Sequence record: OQ067374.1
Length of the DNA: 64,000 nt
Strand: one strand, 5' to 3'
Origin: Escherichia phage a20
Part shown: positions 12,067 to 22,095 of the stretch, in pieces
How the letters are laid out: every line of letters starts with the position of its first letter
Numbering within the stretch: position 1 is the stretch's first letter
Made by a program: the position numbers and the translations under genes
The notes under the pieces: model-generated
Told to the model about the DNA's origin: nothing
The model's database searches: none
What the model saw: the letters and a program-made list of their open reading frames with translations, nothing else

Positions 12067-13064
12067 TATGATACTAATTCAATCCATGCAGGACGCAGAA
12101 CATCTTGCACCATTCGGACTAATTCTTTCTTAACAAGATTCGGATTATCGGATGATGTTAATACAATACCTTCACGAGAAGTTTCTTCCAGAATATCTTG
12201 AACAGTCAATCCCATCACTTTGCCAAAATCTTTTGGCGTTACAGTCCCAATCTTAGAAATCACATTATTAACACGGTTTAATGTAACATAACAAGCTAGA
12301 ACATCAAGCAAGTTTTTGTCAATTTCGGTTAATGGAACCTGAGTTTTAATAGGCTTATCAGACTTTTTCTTTTCACTGAATTTAGAGTTCTTGCACTTAA
12401 TAGCTACACGAGTACCGTTTGGCAGCCATTTAGGGAAACAAGGCTTCAGAACATAACCTTCTGCCGTATTATCGCCAATAACATTAGCATCAAATACACA
12501 ATTATTTGCTTCTACAAGGTCTTCTGACGCAGTAGCATTATAAGCGGCTAAGACAGAATCAAGGTCGTTTGGAATCATGATAAGAGCATCAAATGTGCCA
12601 CGTCCAAGCATTGGTGCCATTTTAAAACCGAATTCATTACAGAAATCTTGCATTTCGTAATCGGTCAAATACGTATTATCACCACTTTCTGTATTGATAA
12701 GGATATCGAACACATAAAAATCTTTTTCACCGTAGTCAACACCTTTCTGGATTCCACCACCAGCGAATTCACCAAATACTTGATATGATACGGCTCGAGC
12801 TGTGTACATGAATTCCTGAACGGCTTTAATAGCTTTATCATACTTCTTGAGTACGATTTCATAACCATAAAAATCTTCTGCTGGAAGAATAGGGCCTGTG
12901 CGCTTGGCGCATGTGACGTTGTCACGTTCAATTATTAACGAGAAGTTAGTCCCATGGATTTTCTCACGTGCTACCCAAACACCAGTAGTCAAACCATTAG
13001 TGTAGAGTTTTTCAATAAACTTAGAGTTGTAGTGGTTTTCAAGACTGCTGTATTTCTTAAACAT
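12066..13064 (-). CDS. rnlB: RNA ligase 2 (RnlB)
   Basis: 332 aa; N-terminus [12 protein letters not shown] and nucleotidyltransferase KIHGTN lysine motif match T4 Rnl2. Confidence 0.95.
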   Translation of the reverse strand: MFKKYSSLENHYNSKFIEKLYTNGLTTGVWVAREKIHGTNFSLIIERDNVTCAKRTGPILPAEDFYGYEIVLKKYDKAIKAVQEFMYTARAVSYQVFGEFAGGGIQKGVDYGEKDFYVFDILINTESGDNTYLTDYEMQDFCNEFGFKMAPMLGRGTFDALIMIPNDLDSVLAAYNATASEDLVEANNCVFDANVIGDNTAEGYVLKPCFPKWLPNGTRVAIKCKNSKFSEKKKSDKPIKTQVPLTEIDKNLLDVLACYVTLNRVNNVISKIGTVTPKDFGKVMGLTVQDILEETSREGIVLTSSDNPNLVKKELVRMVQDVLRPAWIELVS

Positions 13065-13183
13065 AAATCACCATTATAAATAATAATATCAAAATAATTA
13101 GCAGAGACTCTGTCTCTGTCCGGATGTTTAATTTGAATGGATAGAACCTAGATTCATTATACCATCAAAAAATGTAAAGCATA

Positions 13184-13435
13184 CTAGAACTTGATTTCTA
13201 TCCAGTGCCCATCACGCTGGTCGTGATTAATTTTATACTGAAAGCCATTATCACGTAACCACTGCCCGATTTGCTCGGTGATAGTTAAATCATTCTTTGA
13301 CGGATAGTATGTAAATTGTGTCTGGCCTTTGTCAGCGGCTTTCTCTGCCATCACAGAGAAGTTAGTAATAAAATCACTCAACAAATTGGCTTTAGTGGCC
13401 AGAGCCCTTTCTCTTAATTCCTGTGCAAAACTCAT
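13184..13435 (-). CDS. hypothetical protein (24.2-like)
   Basis: 83-aa ORF downstream of rnlB; T4 has small 24.2/24.3 genes here. Confidence 0.55.
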   Translation of the reverse strand: MSFAQELRERALATKANLLSDFITNFSVMAEKAADKGQTQFTYYPSKNDLTITEQIGQWLRDNGFQYKINHDQRDGHWIEIKF

Positions 13436-13632
13436 TTCTTCACCTTTTTATTAATCAGACGTTTACGGTATACAACCTTTTCTTTTGCTTTAAACTTTGA
13501 CCGAGCTGTCTCGGCTTTAGTCCATAGTAATCCAACTTCTTTAGGTTGTAAACCGATTTTTTGAGCAATTTCTACGAATGAAAATCCCGCCTCATGTAAT
13601 GTATAAACTTCAACTTCAGCTCTCATAATCAA
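13432..13632 (-). CDS. hypothetical small basic protein with helix-turn-helix-like segment (24.3-like)
   Basis: 66 aa; segment FSFVEIAQKIGLQPKEVGLLW resembles an HTH; basic C-terminus. Confidence 0.5.
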   Translation of the reverse strand: MIMRAEVEVYTLHEAGFSFVEIAQKIGLQPKEVGLLWTKAETARSKFKAKEKVVYRKRLINKKVKK

Positions 13633-13707
13633 TCCCGTATTATTTGGTTTGTGCCATTATATACATCAATCTCAAGTTTGGTTTTGTATGCTTTAAAAAC
13701 GAAGAAA

Positions 13708-13721
13708 GGGGCCGAAGCCCC
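13708..13721 (-). terminator. terminator hairpin after hoc
   Basis: Minus-strand GGGGC-UUCG-GCCCC followed by UUUCUUCGUUUUU. Confidence 0.65.
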
Positions 13722-13727
13722 TTACGA

Positions 13728-15143
13728 TTATGGATATGTATAGATGATACCAGTTTCCAAAGCAGTTTTATGGATGATGTATCCATTACGTGATTCTTGA
13801 ACATCAACTTCTGGATAGTCTTTCATCATCTTCTGAAGAGTGTAACGATGCAGGTAGTATTTACTATCTGGATCGTCAATTTTCCAATCTTTACCTTCTT
13901 CAGTCATTTTTTGGATTTCATCCATAACCCACCATCCGCACCAGATGTAAGCTGAAGTACGATGTGGAAGAGGATGAACATAAGGTAATTCACCTTCTGG
14001 TTCAATTGGAGTCCGTTCAGCAATAACAACTTCAGCGGTTGAACTAATTGTCTTTGAAGTATAATTATCTTTAGTTAATACTGCTTCAACTTTAATTGTA
14101 TGAGTACCCGCTGAGGAGGTATCAATACTATAAGTATTAGTAGAATTACTTTCTGCTACGTTGTCTTTCTTCCAAGAATACACAATATTAGTATCACCAG
14201 GAGCACCAGTAACAGATGCTGTTAAAGTTGCAGTTCCACCAACAGTAGTATTAACTGATGGCGGAGATAAAGAAATGGTGGCACTATTAAATGTCGCATT
14301 ATTAGTTACTACTGTTGCTTCTGCTGAAATTTCTTTTGTAACATAATTTGTTGCAGAAACAGATGCGGTGCATTTAAGAGTTTTACTTCCGACTTCGGTC
14401 GGAGTGAATTTATACGTAGCAGAAGTTGCATCCGGAATATTACTGTCATCCATTGACCATTGGAATGTTATAGTAGCACCTGAAGGTGCACTAGAGACAT
14501 TTGCAGTTAAAGTAATAGGAACACCAAAGACTGTAGTCGGAGACTCGGGTGTAATTTTTTAGCGTCGAAGAATTAGCCTTTTTATTTACAGTCAAAGAAA
14601 CCGCTGATGATTCTACTGTTTTATCAACGTAATCAGTTGCAGTCACTGTGACAGAGCAAGTTATAGACTTAGTTCCTTCAGTTGTTGGTGTATATTCAAA
14701 GGTTGATTGCTTTTGACCGTCAACAGCGACCCCGTCAACTTTCCATGTATAATCAATAGCAGCACCAGTAGGTTGATTGCTTACATTAGCAGTGAATGTT
14801 GTTGCTGTTCCAATTTCTACTGCCGCAGGAGAAGCCGGAGTAACAGTGATAGTGGAATTATTTTCTTTCTTATTAACAGTGATAGTTGTTGATGCTTCAG
14901 CTATTTCCGGATCTCCTGCGGAAAGTGTATTAGTTGCAACCACTTTAATTTTTTTGTTCCTGCTGGAGAAGCAAGAGTATAATCCATTGTAGCAGCCGTA
15001 GAGCCCTGTGTTATATCATCTACAGTCCAGACGTATGTAATAGTACCGTCTGGAGTTTGACCACTGGGAGTAGCAGTAAACTGCTTAGTCTCATCTATAA
15101 CTCCAGTAGATGTTTTAGGAGTTATATCAACTGTAAAAGCCAT
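13728..15143 (-). pseudogene. hoc: hoc (capsid decoration protein, Ig-like domains) interrupted by two homopolymer frameshifts
   Basis: Three consecutive minus-strand ORFs (15143-14901, 14943-14491, 14453-13728) together align with T4 Hoc, including the C-terminal capsid-binding segment EGELPYVHPLPHR...IIYTYP; frames switch at an A7 run (plus 14949-14955) and an A6 run (plus 14555-14560). Confidence 0.8.
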
Positions 15144-15152
15144 AAGTTATCC

Positions 15153-15821
15153 TTATTTTAATGTTACGAAAGAAGAATTACGAGTTTCACGAATTAGAAC
15201 TGATCCATCGCGATTAATATAATAAATTAAGCTAAATAATGTTTGGTGAGCAGAAGCGTGCACAAAACTGGTTGGGCGAGATTTCCAATCTGGGGTTTCG
15301 GCTATCCATTGATAAATCCACCAAGGAACAGTAACATAACCTGGGGCTTTGCCTAATTTAATGAGTGTAGGACTAAAATTTTCAGGCAGAACAAATTCTA
15401 CTTCTTTATTTACCTCTGTCTCAGGCTCTTTTTCAGATTCAACAACCTGAGTAATTGCTTCTTCGAATTTATCATGGTCGAATTCTTTTTCTTGTTCGAC
15501 AACTTCTAATACTTCAACTTGTTCTGTTGGAGAATCAAACAACAGAATAGCTTCTTCTTTAACTTCTTCGTTGGTGAAATTAACACCGTCCACATCATCT
15601 GCGGCAGTAATTAAATCGGTGATAGATAATCCATCGGTTTCAGGTAATGGTTCATCAGCCAGTGCGTTAAGAGCTTCTTCGATATCAATAACAATATTAT
15701 CGAATGATTTTGTTTTCTTAACACTAATGCCAAATTGTTTCGCATATTCGAACAGTTTAGCTTTGGCTTCCTTTTTATCAGAAAGAGCACGTAACTCTTC
15801 AATATAGTCTTTATCGATCAT
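15153..15821 (-). CDS. inh: Inh, inhibitor of prohead protease
   Basis: 222 aa, acidic; position between hoc and uvsW as in T4. Confidence 0.7.
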   Translation of the reverse strand: MIDKDYIEELRALSDKKEAKAKLFEYAKQFGISVKKTKSFDNIVIDIEEALNALADEPLPETDGLSITDLITAADDVDGVNFTNEEVKEEAILLFDSPTEQVEVLEVVEQEKEFDHDKFEEAITQVVESEKEPETEVNKEVEFVLPENFSPTLIKLGKAPGYVTVPWWIYQWIAETPDWKSRPTSFVHASAHQTLFSLIYYINRDGSVLIRETRNSSFVTLK

Positions 15822-15834
15822 GGTATTTCCTCAT

Positions 15835-15842
15835 TATAAATA
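15835..15842 (+). promoter_or_regulatory. late promoter (TATAAATA) for uvsW
   Basis: Exact TATAAATA about 30 nt upstream of the uvsW ATG. Confidence 0.65.
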
Positions 15843-15871
15843 TAACTATATTTATTACATGGTAATTTGAC

Positions 15872-17386
15872 ATGACTGACATTAAAGTACATTTTTATGA
15901 TTTTAGTCACGTGCGCATTGAATGCGACGAAAGTACGTTTTACGAACTTCGTGACTTTTTTAGCTTTGAAGCCGATGGGTACAAATTCAACCCGCGTTAC
16001 AAATATGGGAACTGGGATGGTAGAATTCGACTTTTAGATTACAATCGTTTGTTACCATATGGACTTGTAGGACAAATAAAAAAGTTCTGTAACAATATGA
16101 GTTATTCTGTATGGATTGACCCTAAAATCTTTGAGACCGAAGACCTTACCAGAGAAGATTTTGACGCATGGCTTTCTAAACAAGAAATTTATTCGGGCAA
16201 CGCCAAAATCGAACCACATTGGTATCAAAAAGATGCAGTATATGAAGGACTAGTTAATCGTCGTCGAATTTTAAACCTTCCGACATCAGCAGGTAAATCA
16301 CTAATCCAAGCACTTTTAGCTCGGTATTATCTAGAGAACTATGAAGGTAAAATTCTCATTATTGTCCCTACAACAGCATTGACAACCCAGATGGCTAATG
16401 ATTTTGTTGATTATCGCTTGTTTAGTCATTCGATGATTAAGAAAATTGGCGGTGGTGCTGATAAAGCAGACAAATCTAAAAACGACGCTCCAATTATTGT
16501 TGGCACATGGCAAACGGTAGTTAAGCAGCCTAAAGAATGGTTCTCTCAGTTCGGTATGATGATGAACGATGAATGCCACTTAGCAACAGGCAAAAGTATT
16601 TCTTCAATCATCGCAGGATTAAATAATTGTATGTTTAAATTCGGTTTATCTGGCTCATTAAGAGACGGAAAAGCCAATGTAATGCAGTACGTAGGTATGT
16701 TCGGCGAAATCTTCCGTCCTGTTAGCACGTCTAAATTAATGGAAGATGGACAGGTAACTGAGCTTAAGATTAATAGTATTTTCCTTCGTTATCCGGACGA
16801 ATTCACCGTTAAATTAAAAGGTAAAACATACCAAGAAGAAGTTAAAATTATTACCGGACTAAAACGTCGTACAAAGTGGATTGCTCAACTTTCAGTCAAA
16901 TTGGCTAAGAAAGACGAGAACGCCTTTGTAATGTTTAAACACGTTACACACGGTAAAGAAATATTTGAAGCTATTAAAGAGCTTGGATACGAAAAAGTTT
17001 ATTACGTATCAGGTGAAGTTGATACCGAAACACGTAACGCGCTTAAAGTCATGGCAGAAAATGGTAAAGGCATTATTATTGTCGCATCATATGGAGTATT
17101 CTCTACTGGTATTTCAGTCAAGAATCTTCATCATGTTATTTTTGCCCATGGTGTTAAATCAAAAATTATCGTACTTCAAACCGTAGGTCGTGTGCTTCGT
17201 AAGCATGGTTCTAAAGCTGTTGCTACAGTTTGGGATCTCATAGATGACGCAGGTGTAAAACCTAAATCATTAAATACTAAAAAGAAGTATACTCATCTTA
17301 ATTACTTGTTAAAACACGGTATTGATCGTATCCAACGTTACGCTGATGAGAAATTTAACTATGTAATGAAAACAATTAATTTATAA
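15872..17386 (+). CDS. uvsW: UvsW RNA-DNA and DNA helicase
   Basis: 504 aa; SF2 helicase motifs (PTSAGKS Walker A, DECH box); begins MTDIKVHFYDFSHV; late promoter upstream. Confidence 0.95.
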   Translation: MTDIKVHFYDFSHVRIECDESTFYELRDFFSFEADGYKFNPRYKYGNWDGRIRLLDYNRLLPYGLVGQIKKFCNNMSYSVWIDPKIFETEDLTREDFDAWLSKQEIYSGNAKIEPHWYQKDAVYEGLVNRRRILNLPTSAGKSLIQALLARYYLENYEGKILIIVPTTALTTQMANDFVDYRLFSHSMIKKIGGGADKADKSKNDAPIIVGTWQTVVKQPKEWFSQFGMMMNDECHLATGKSISSIIAGLNNCMFKFGLSGSLRDGKANVMQYVGMFGEIFRPVSTSKLMEDGQVTELKINSIFLRYPDEFTVKLKGKTYQEEVKIITGLKRRTKWIAQLSVKLAKKDENAFVMFKHVTHGKEIFEAIKELGYEKVYYVSGEVDTETRNALKVMAENGKGIIIVASYGVFSTGISVKNLHHVIFAHGVKSKIIVLQTVGRVLRKHGSKAVATVWDLIDDAGVKPKSLNTKKKYTHLNYLLKHGIDRIQRYADEKFNYVMKTINL

Positions 17387-17411
17387 GGGCTTCGGCCCTT
17401 AGGAGATAAAA

Positions 17412-17645
17412 ATGGTACTTGAATTTAAACAATTTTTATACGAAGCATCTATTGACGAATTCATGGGTAAAATTGCTAGTTGTCATACCTTAGAAGGGCT
17501 TGAAGAATTGGAAGCTTATTATAAGAAACGTATAAAAGAAACGGAATTAAAAGATACAGATGATATTTCTGTCAGGGATGCCTTAGCAGGTAAGCGTGCC
17601 GAACTTGAAGGCGACGATGATGAGGATGAGGAAGAAGACTTCTAA
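17412..17645 (+). CDS. uvsW.1: UvsW.1 small acidic protein
   Basis: 77 aa immediately after uvsW; acidic C-terminal tail. Confidence 0.8.
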   Translation: MVLEFKQFLYEASIDEFMGKIASCHTLEGLEELEAYYKKRIKETELKDTDDISVRDALAGKRAELEGDDDEDEEEDF

Positions 17646-17702
17646 TTAAAAAAAGGCCCAACCTTTTTGGAAGGGCCAAAACCATAGGCAAAAAAGGTAA
17701 CA

Positions 17703-17870
17703 CTATAGTAAAAGTTGGGTTTCGTTCAATTGCTCTTCTGAACTTTCTGAAACCGGTAATTGTTGGACATAATTATAACAAGGACCAGGATGTGCTGGAC
17801 CTTTGTCTGTTTCAACAACCAATGCAGAATCGATTGGAGTTTTACAGACAACACAAATCTTATCTGACAT
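17703..17870 (-). CDS. small Cys-containing protein (uvsY.-2-like)
   Basis: 55-aa ORF MSDKICVVCKTP... read from the minus strand; below the ORF-track length cutoff; position matches T4 uvsY.-2. Confidence 0.45.
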   Translation of the reverse strand: MSDKICVVCKTPIDSALVVETDKGPAHPGPCYNYVQQLPVSESSEEQLNETQLLL

Positions 17871-17902
17871 GATTGCCTCCTAAGTTGAAATTACATATCT
17901 AT

Positions 17903-18127
17903 TTATACAACTCTCATATGCATATCAATGCCCATATCTTTAGAATAAAAATATTCATCAAGATATCCGGCAAATTTTCCTTTAATATAAAGGACGTCTT
18001 CGCCACAAGGGTGGTCTGCCAGGATACGAATATCCTGACGACGTAGACGATACTTTTCCATTAAGAATTTAATTTCAGTTTCAAATTCTTCATCATTATT
18101 AAAGGCATCTTCAATTGAATAACGCAT
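17903..18127 (-). CDS. hypothetical protein (uvsY.-1-like)
   Basis: 74-aa ORF directly downstream of uvsY. Confidence 0.65.
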   Translation of the reverse strand: MRYSIEDAFNNDEEFETEIKFLMEKYRLRRQDIRILADHPCGEDVLYIKGKFAGYLDEYFYSKDMGIDMHMRVV

Positions 18128-18540
18128 TATTGCCCCGCTTCAAATTCTCGCATATCCTGGATATGTTTAAGTGCAAAACTACGAGACTTAACTGCGTCAA
18201 GTGCACCACTACAGAACTCAAGTAAAATTCCCCAGTATTGTAAAGTAGTCTCTATTTTAAGCACATCTTTATCTGCAGCCAGGACAGTTTTCATTTCAGA
18301 TTTCTCATATCGGTCCATACTGAATTCATCACCGTCACCTCGTCCCGAGTAGTAGTCTAATCTTGCTTTTAGAGCAGTTTTCTTCTGAGTCTCTATACGC
18401 AACATTTCTTTACGAATAAATGAGTGCTTACGTAGCCATTTGCTGTATAACTTAACATTATTCGCTGTCTCATATTGCAACTTTGTCGTATCAATAGCTA
18501 AGTCTGCGTCTAACTCTTCCTGTAAATCTTCCAGCTTCAT
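18127..18540 (-). CDS. uvsY: UvsY recombination mediator
   Basis: 137 aa from the internal Met (MKLEDLQEELDADL...), matching T4 UvsY; the track ORF is N-terminally over-extended. Confidence 0.9.
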   Translation of the reverse strand: MKLEDLQEELDADLAIDTTKLQYETANNVKLYSKWLRKHSFIRKEMLRIETQKKTALKARLDYYSGRGDGDEFSMDRYEKSEMKTVLAADKDVLKIETTLQYWGILLEFCSGALDAVKSRSFALKHIQDMREFEAGQ

Positions 18541-18620
18541 AATATTCTCTCTTTTAACTAATAATCTCCCGGCTGTATCGGAAGGACCTAAAACCATTAT
18601 ACATAGGTTGCCTTGAAGCA

Positions 18621-19019
18621 TTACACTCTATTGCTTGATGCTAACTGAAGTTTGATTTGTTCGATATCATCAGGGTTATCTACGACCGAAAATCTAATCT
18701 CTACTATAACCGTATAGTCATCATATACTGGCGTTACACTTACAGAAAGTTTGTCGATGCGCGGCTCATAGTTACGGACGGCTGCCTGGATATTACGCTC
18801 AATCGTATCGGCTGTAAGCGGTGTCATGTTCTCGAAAAGTTCATCAACCAAATCGCATCCAAATTCAGGGTCGAAGGGGCGTGAGCCTTTTCTAGTTGTC
18901 ACTATGCCAAGAAGACTATTTTTAATAGAACGAAGTCCTACAGAACGAGCAACGTCCTTGTTCCAATCCATGCGCATTTCTGGGTCGATATCTGAATAAA
19001 GTTTATTGATATTAGACAT
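18621..19019 (-). CDS. 25: baseplate wedge protein gp25
   Basis: 132 aa, same length as T4 gp25; synteny with 26/51. Confidence 0.92.
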   Translation of the reverse strand: MSNINKLYSDIDPEMRMDWNKDVARSVGLRSIKNSLLGIVTTRKGSRPFDPEFGCDLVDELFENMTPLTADTIERNIQAAVRNYEPRIDKLSVSVTPVYDDYTVIVEIRFSVVDNPDDIEQIKLQLASSNRV

Positions 19020-19645
19020 TATAGTAACTCAAAGAATTCTTTGAGGCCTCGTATTGTGTGAACGTGTGACGCCCCGCATTTGGGACATTTAATAGGGGTT
19101 GCCAGATAAATTGATGGCGATACCAAAAGATTTTTAATATTGATCATGTCATCTTCTGTTATAAGGCCGTAAAGGTCGTTTATTTCTGCTTCAGTTAAAT
19201 CTTCAACAGGGATGGACTCTCCATTGACAAAAACGGCCTCAATACATGAAGCAATCATTAATGCGATATTTTTATCGTCAAATAATTTAGGTTGACGGAA
19301 CTTAATTTTAATACCACTAAACGAATACCAGGGATCGGCCTGTTCATCTAATTGAGTGTGCAATAAATTCATATAGACTTGAAATGAATGCCCACAGGAA
19401 CAATTCCAGGTGTGTTCTTGATTCACTTCACCTAATGAATGTGCCCACAGATTTACCAACAATAGCTCGGCTTCTTGTTTAGTCAAGTTTTTAGCGTTAG
19501 AGCAATTAGTGATAATATTGTTCACTGCTGATTCAATAGTACCGGTAGCCCGCGCACCTATGAGTCCTAAATATTCTTTTAAAGTAAAGGCTCTACAATT
19601 CACTTCTTTATCGCCTAAACGTACGGTAAACGTATATTTGTACAT
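19019..19645 (-). CDS. 26: baseplate hub protein gp26
   Basis: 208 aa, same length as T4 gp26; divergent from gene 51. Confidence 0.9.
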   Translation of the reverse strand: MYKYTFTVRLGDKEVNCRAFTLKEYLGLIGARATGTIESAVNNIITNCSNAKNLTKQEAELLLVNLWAHSLGEVNQEHTWNCSCGHSFQVYMNLLHTQLDEQADPWYSFSGIKIKFRQPKLFDDKNIALMIASCIEAVFVNGESIPVEDLTEAEINDLYGLITEDDMINIKNLLVSPSIYLATPIKCPKCGASHVHTIRGLKEFFELL

Positions 19646-19663
19646 GTTAACTCCTTTATTGTG

Positions 19664-19675
19664 TATTTATAAATA
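19664..19675. promoter_or_regulatory. overlapping divergent late promoters (TATTTATAAATA) for gene 51 (+) and genes 26/25 (-)
   Basis: The 12-nt palindrome-like TATTTATAAATA contains TATAAATA on both strands between divergent genes 26 and 51. Confidence 0.65.
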
Positions 19676-19692
19676 ATAGAAAAGGAGTAATT

Positions 19693-20445
19693 ATGGCTAA
19701 TATAATTCGTTGTAAATTACCGGATGGTGTTCATCGTTTTAAGCCGTTCACTGTGGCGGATTATAGAGACTTTTTACTAGTTAGAAATGATATCGAACAT
19801 CGTTCGCCGCAAGAACAAAAAGAAATAATTGCCGATCTGATTGATGATTATTTTGGCGAGTACCCTAAAACATGGCAACCATTTATATTCCTGCAAGTTT
19901 TTGCAGGCTCTATAGGCAAAACAAAAGTTCCCGTTATTTTCACTTGCCCTAAATGCTCTAAAGAAAAAACTGCACCATTTGAGATATATCAAAAAGAACT
20001 AGTCGAACCTGAACTTGATGTTGCTGGTATAAAAATACGTTTTTCTTTCCCTGAAAAGTTTTATGACAACAAGGCATTAATGATAAGTGAAAACATAAAA
20101 GAAATATACTATAATGATGAATGGTACCCATGGAATGATTTGACTGAAGAGAACCAAATCCAAGTAATAGAAGCAATAGACATCGACTCACTCGAGAAGG
20201 TTATTGCTTCTATGAACCCTATTAATTTGACCCTTAGATTAGGCTGTTGTGAACGTCATGTTAAAACATATACTGATATCTTAGAGGTTTTTAAATTGTT
20301 AGTTAACCCTGATGAGATTTTTACATTCTATCAGATAAACCATTCACTGGTAAAGAGTCAATACACATTGGATTCTATTATGCAAATGATTCCTGTTGAA
20401 CGTGGTATTGCTTTAACATTAGTAGAAAAGGACCATAAAAAATGA
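19693..20445 (+). CDS. 51: baseplate hub assembly catalyst gp51
   Basis: 250 aa; synteny 26 / 51-27-28-29. Confidence 0.9.
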   Translation: MANIIRCKLPDGVHRFKPFTVADYRDFLLVRNDIEHRSPQEQKEIIADLIDDYFGEYPKTWQPFIFLQVFAGSIGKTKVPVIFTCPKCSKEKTAPFEIYQKELVEPELDVAGIKIRFSFPEKFYDNKALMISENIKEIYYNDEWYPWNDLTEENQIQVIEAIDIDSLEKVIASMNPINLTLRLGCCERHVKTYTDILEVFKLLVNPDEIFTFYQINHSLVKSQYTLDSIMQMIPVERGIALTLVEKDHKK

Positions 20446-21614
20446 AAGTATTCCAACGTCCAGGATATCCTAACTTAAGCGTTAAATTATACCAAGATTA
20501 TTCGGCTTGGCAAGAAAATAGATACGTTGAACTCGCGGCAACAATAACAACTTTAACCATGCGAGATTCGCTATATGGAAGAAATGAAGGGATTCTTCAA
20601 TTTTATGACACTAAAAACATCCACACTAAAATGGATGGTAGACAGATAGTCCAAATCTCTGTTTCAAATTCAAACACACCTCTCCAAGTTAGAACTCGAA
20701 TTTACGGATGTAGACATTATTCTGTGTCTGTGGACTCAAAAGGTGACAATATTATTGCAATTGAGCTTGGAACAATACATTCTATAGAGAACCTTAAATT
20801 TGGGAGACCATTCTTCCCGGACGCAGGCGAATCTATACGTGAAATGTTAGGTGTCATATACAAAGACCGTGCGTTAATTACTCCACCAATAAACACTATT
20901 AATGCTTATGTTCCTGATATCCCTTGGACAAGCACATTTGATGATTATTTGGCATATGTCAGAGAATTAGGACTTGCTACAGCGAGTGATAAGTTCGTAT
21001 TCGTATGGCAAGATATTTTAGGCGTAAACATGATTGACTACGATACTCTTATTGGTCAGGAAGGCATTAAGATGGTTGTAGGTGAGCCAAATACTGTAGG
21101 TCAGTATATTCAAGAGCTTGAGTATCCATTAGTATGGGATTTCACCTGGATGACTAAAGCCAACCAATTTACAAGAGACCCTATTAAAAACGCCACAATA
21201 TTCGCCCATTCATTTTTAGATACATCTATTCCGGTTATTGTTACAGGCGATGGTGATAATGCTATTGTTGTGTCAAGATCCGGTGGATATTCCGAAATGA
21301 CCTATCGTAATGGATTTGAAGAAGCAAGTCGTCTTCAGACAATGGCTCAATATGACGGATATGCTAAATGCACTACTACAGGTAATTTTAACATAACGCC
21401 TGCTACTAAAATTATATTTGTTGACCAAAAGAACCAATTCAAATCCGAATTTTACGTGGATGAAGTTATTCATGAGTTATCAAATAACAACTCACAAACT
21501 CATCTGTACATGTTTACCAACTCAATGGTGTTAGAACCTGTTAACCCAGTTAAGGTTAAAAATGAACTTAAATCTGATTCTACCTCTAAAGAAAATAATT
21601 CTACCACAGTCTAA
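20442..21614 (+). CDS. 27: baseplate hub protein gp27
   Basis: 390 aa (T4 gp27 is 391). Confidence 0.93.
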   Translation: MKVFQRPGYPNLSVKLYQDYSAWQENRYVELAATITTLTMRDSLYGRNEGILQFYDTKNIHTKMDGRQIVQISVSNSNTPLQVRTRIYGCRHYSVSVDSKGDNIIAIELGTIHSIENLKFGRPFFPDAGESIREMLGVIYKDRALITPPINTINAYVPDIPWTSTFDDYLAYVRELGLATASDKFVFVWQDILGVNMIDYDTLIGQEGIKMVVGEPNTVGQYIQELEYPLVWDFTWMTKANQFTRDPIKNATIFAHSFLDTSIPVIVTGDGDNAIVVSRSGGYSEMTYRNGFEEASRLQTMAQYDGYAKCTTTGNFNITPATKIIFVDQKNQFKSEFYVDEVIHELSNNNSQTHLYMFTNSMVLEPVNPVKVKNELKSDSTSKENNSTTV

Positions 21615-22095
21615 TAAAAAGGTAATGATTCCTAAATTAGGGCTCAAACATTATAATCTTTTAAAGGACGTTAAAGGTCCTGATGAAAACATGAAAATCT
21701 TAGCTGATTCTATTTGTAAAAATATGAGTCCCGCAGATTTTGATTTTGCATGTCTACACATATTGGAATTTAATAACAAACTTAAGTCTGAAGTTGAAAA
21801 AGATGGATTCACTTATAAACTAGATGACGTCTATGTATGCCAACGAACAGAATTCCAATTTCAAGGTAATACTTTTTATTTTAGACCCCCAGGCAAATTT
21901 GAGCAATTCGCTACAATCAGTGAAATGCTATCAAATTGCTTAATAAAAGTTAATGACGAAGAGAAAGAAATTTCTTTCCTTGAGATGCCTGCTTTTGTAA
22001 TCAAATGGGCAGAAGACCTTTCGACAACTATTGCTATTCCAGGCCCTAATGGCCCTATTAAGGGTATAGCAGAAATTATTGGATTGCTTGAATGA
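21562..22095 (+). CDS. 28: baseplate hub distal protein gp28
   Basis: 177 aa; overlaps gene 27 3' end, so the true start may be the internal Met MIPKLGL. Confidence 0.82.
   Translation: MNLNLILPLKKIILPQSNKKVMIPKLGLKHYNLLKDVKGPDENMKILADSICKNMSPADFDFACLHILEFNNKLKSEVEKDGFTYKLDDVYVCQRTEFQFQGNTFYFRPPGKFEQFATISEMLSNCLIKVNDEEKEISFLEMPAFVIKWAEDLSTTIAIPGPNGPIKGIAEIIGLLE

Noticed and set aside
18541-18621. 27-codon N-terminal extension of uvsY in the ORF track
   Set aside because: Homology to T4 UvsY begins at the internal Met (MKLEDLQEEL); the upstream extension overlaps gene 25 and has no counterpart.
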